This document shows positions 62,557-64,000 of a stretch of 64,000 nucleotides of DNA, piece by piece (the stretch's first letter is position 1; every line of letters starts with the position of its first letter). Position numbers and translations under genes: made by a program. The DNA comes from an uncultured Gammaproteobacteria bacterium (GTDB lineage: Bacteria; Patescibacteriota; Microgenomatia; UBA1406; HO2-37-13b), in the NCBI GenBank assembly GCA_964413645.1, contig CAYPSA010000004.1, positions 25,765 to 89,764 of the forward strand, written 5' to 3'. The notes under the pieces were generated by a model, which was given only the letters and a program-made list of their open reading frames with translations, had not been told where the DNA came from and ran no database searches.

Positions 62557-63381
62557 TTACTTTATTGCATGTACAACTAAATTTGTTGAGGTTTTAGTTG
62601 GTATTTTTTTGTCTAGTAAATGCGACGGAAATCGCATAAATGATGCGAGAAATTTTGAAAGTGGTTTTGATGCGTCTATATTAAACCTGTCAAAGCCAGA
62701 AGTTCCAAATCTTTCTACTAGATTTTTTCCGATACCGTATAGTAAGAAATGACTGAAAGGCCACGACCACATAACCACATCTTCATTATTCAATACTACA
62801 AAGCCAGAATTCTCAATTTTTGATAACAGTTCCTTTTTGGTATATAGACGAACGTGATCAGCCCAAATTCCCGCAATCCACCAGCGATCGGGATTCATAT
62901 GAGTGTTGAAAAACTTCATCAGCGTCCAGTTAATAGGATCCCAAAGAAAAGGAAAGTTTTGGTGCGGAACAGAGATGAGTAACGATCCGCCCGGTTTAAG
63001 GACGCGCCTAAGTTCGGCAAGTGCCTTTTTATCAGCGTTCAAATGTTCAAGTATTTCGGAACATACAACGGCGTCAAAAGTACTACGTGCAAAGGGCAAA
63101 GAATAAATAGATCCACTGATTACTGTCGCTTTTGATTCTCCTCTAATTGTTTCGTGAGCGCGTTTTAGATAGTTGTTATTAATATCGATACCAATAACCT
63201 TTTTTGTATGGGGAAGCATACTAATGAGTTTTACATAGTAACCACGACCGCATCCGGCGTCTAAAACTTTGTGGGCCTTAATTTTATGGAGTTTGTCTAT
63301 AATATATTCTGATCGCTGTGCAAAAGCTGGATCTATCTCCTGATCAAAAATGTTCTTAAAAATTTGCCGAGAATTTTTCAT
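62557..63381 (-). CDS. class I SAM-dependent methyltransferase
   Basis: VLDAGCGRGYY (motif I), DAVVCSEILEHL, LKPGGSLLISVP. Confidence 0.8.
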   Translation of the reverse strand: MKNSRQIFKNIFDQEIDPAFAQRSEYIIDKLHKIKAHKVLDAGCGRGYYVKLISMLPHTKKVIGIDINNNYLKRAHETIRGESKATVISGSIYSLPFARSTFDAVVCSEILEHLNADKKALAELRRVLKPGGSLLISVPHQNFPFLWDPINWTLMKFFNTHMNPDRWWIAGIWADHVRLYTKKELLSKIENSGFVVLNNEDVVMWSWPFSHFLLYGIGKNLVERFGTSGFDRFNIDASKPLSKFLASFMRFPSHLLDKKIPTKTSTNLVVHAIK

Positions 63382-64000
63382 ATTTTTTTAGAAACGGAAT
63401 AACGTTCTTTTTGCTCTGCATGTACTTTATGCGATTTTCTAGTACGTCAATGATACCATCTGCAAGTGCGTTTGGGTCATTAGAAACGACAATCCTCCCT
63501 AACCCTGTCTCCTTTACCAACATACGAGCTCCAGGAATATCGGTGCATACAATTGGAACTCCTGCATGAGCTGCTTCCATTTGCGTAAGCGCTAAACAAT
63601 CAGATCTCGAACTTATTACAAATACATTGAGACTGTTGTAGAATTCGGCAAGTTTTTTTCCATCTAATAATCCTAAATATTTAACGTGTTTTTTCTGACT
63701 GTTAAAAAGTTTTTTTTGTGATTCATAAAATGGTTCATAATCCATTTTGGTACTTCCTGCAAATACAAATTTTGCAGAAGGAACTTTTTTTATTACTTTA
63801 TCCATTGCTTTGTAGAGAATGTCGAACCCTTTTTCTTCTACAAACCTGCCAGCAAACCCAATGAGTATTTGTTTGGATGGTGATGATCTTTGCGCATTGG
63901 GGAGTGTGACAGCGGGAATATACGCAAAAAACTTAAATAGAAAATATTTCATAGTTCGAGAATGACGCGCGTAGTCTTTTGTAAATGTCGCAATTCTGTC
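63356..64000 (-). CDS. GT1/GT4-family glycosyltransferase, C-terminal part (5' end beyond window)
   Basis: The frame stays open from 63952 to the window edge. FAGRFVEEKGFDIL, ISSRSDCLALTQMEAAHAGVPIVCTD (E-x7-E-like region). Confidence 0.7.
   Translation of the reverse strand, partial: DRIATFTKDYARHSRTMKYFLFKFFAYIPAVTLPNAQRSSPSKQILIGFAGRFVEEKGFDILYKAMDKVIKKVPSAKFVFAGSTKMDYEPFYESQKKLFNSQKKHVKYLGLLDGKKLAEFYNSLNVFVISSRSDCLALTQMEAAHAGVPIVCTDIPGARMLVKETGLGRIVVSNDPNALADGIIDVLENRIKYMQSKKNVIPFLKKYEKFSANF

Overview
This is a low-G+C, very gene-dense bacterial chromosomal window. It spans the replication-origin region: dnaA-dnaN, with two perfect DnaA boxes directly upstream of dnaA. Most genes are housekeeping: rpsA, comM, comF, trmD, yidD, smpB plus tmRNA, HU, RNase Y, recX-recA, trxB, trxA, miaB, an IMPDH-family gene, nrdR-nrdB-nrdA, RNase HI and a Xer-like recombinase. 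There is also a lone 5S rRNA gene and three tRNAs (Pro-GGG, Ala-GGC, CAU). Three gene groups suggest a reduced-genome Patescibacteria/CPR-like organism, by inference only since no database search was possible. (a) Gram-positive-type T4SS-like parts: a PrgI-like protein, a split VirB4, a TraD/VirD4-like ATPase and three tandem T4SS-pilin-like genes. (b) Several secreted cell-wall hydrolases and proteases. (c) An envelope glycosylation set (GT2, GT39, GT1, methyltransferases). The main unusual signals are as follows. (1) Two single-gene insertions are each bracketed by a perfect 23-26 bp direct repeat that duplicates the 3' end of the adjacent gene (rpsA; tRNA-Ala next to oriC), and neither contains an integrase. 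(2) A set of compositionally distinct, family-less genes (higher G+C, Lys-poor) sits immediately 3' of stable-RNA or housekeeping genes, together with a strongly divergent sigma-70-like gene. (3) Many genes have a -10 hexamer 6-8 nt before the ATG, which implies leaderless mRNAs. (4) Two dispersed repeat families occur, and some copies are read through as coding sequence. (5) There is a candidate protein-only RNase P (HARP-like PIN protein). (6) NrdB carries an N-terminal ATP-cone. All protein family calls were made by eye from motifs, and start codons were re-evaluated because the ORF track uses the first ATG/GTG/TTG.
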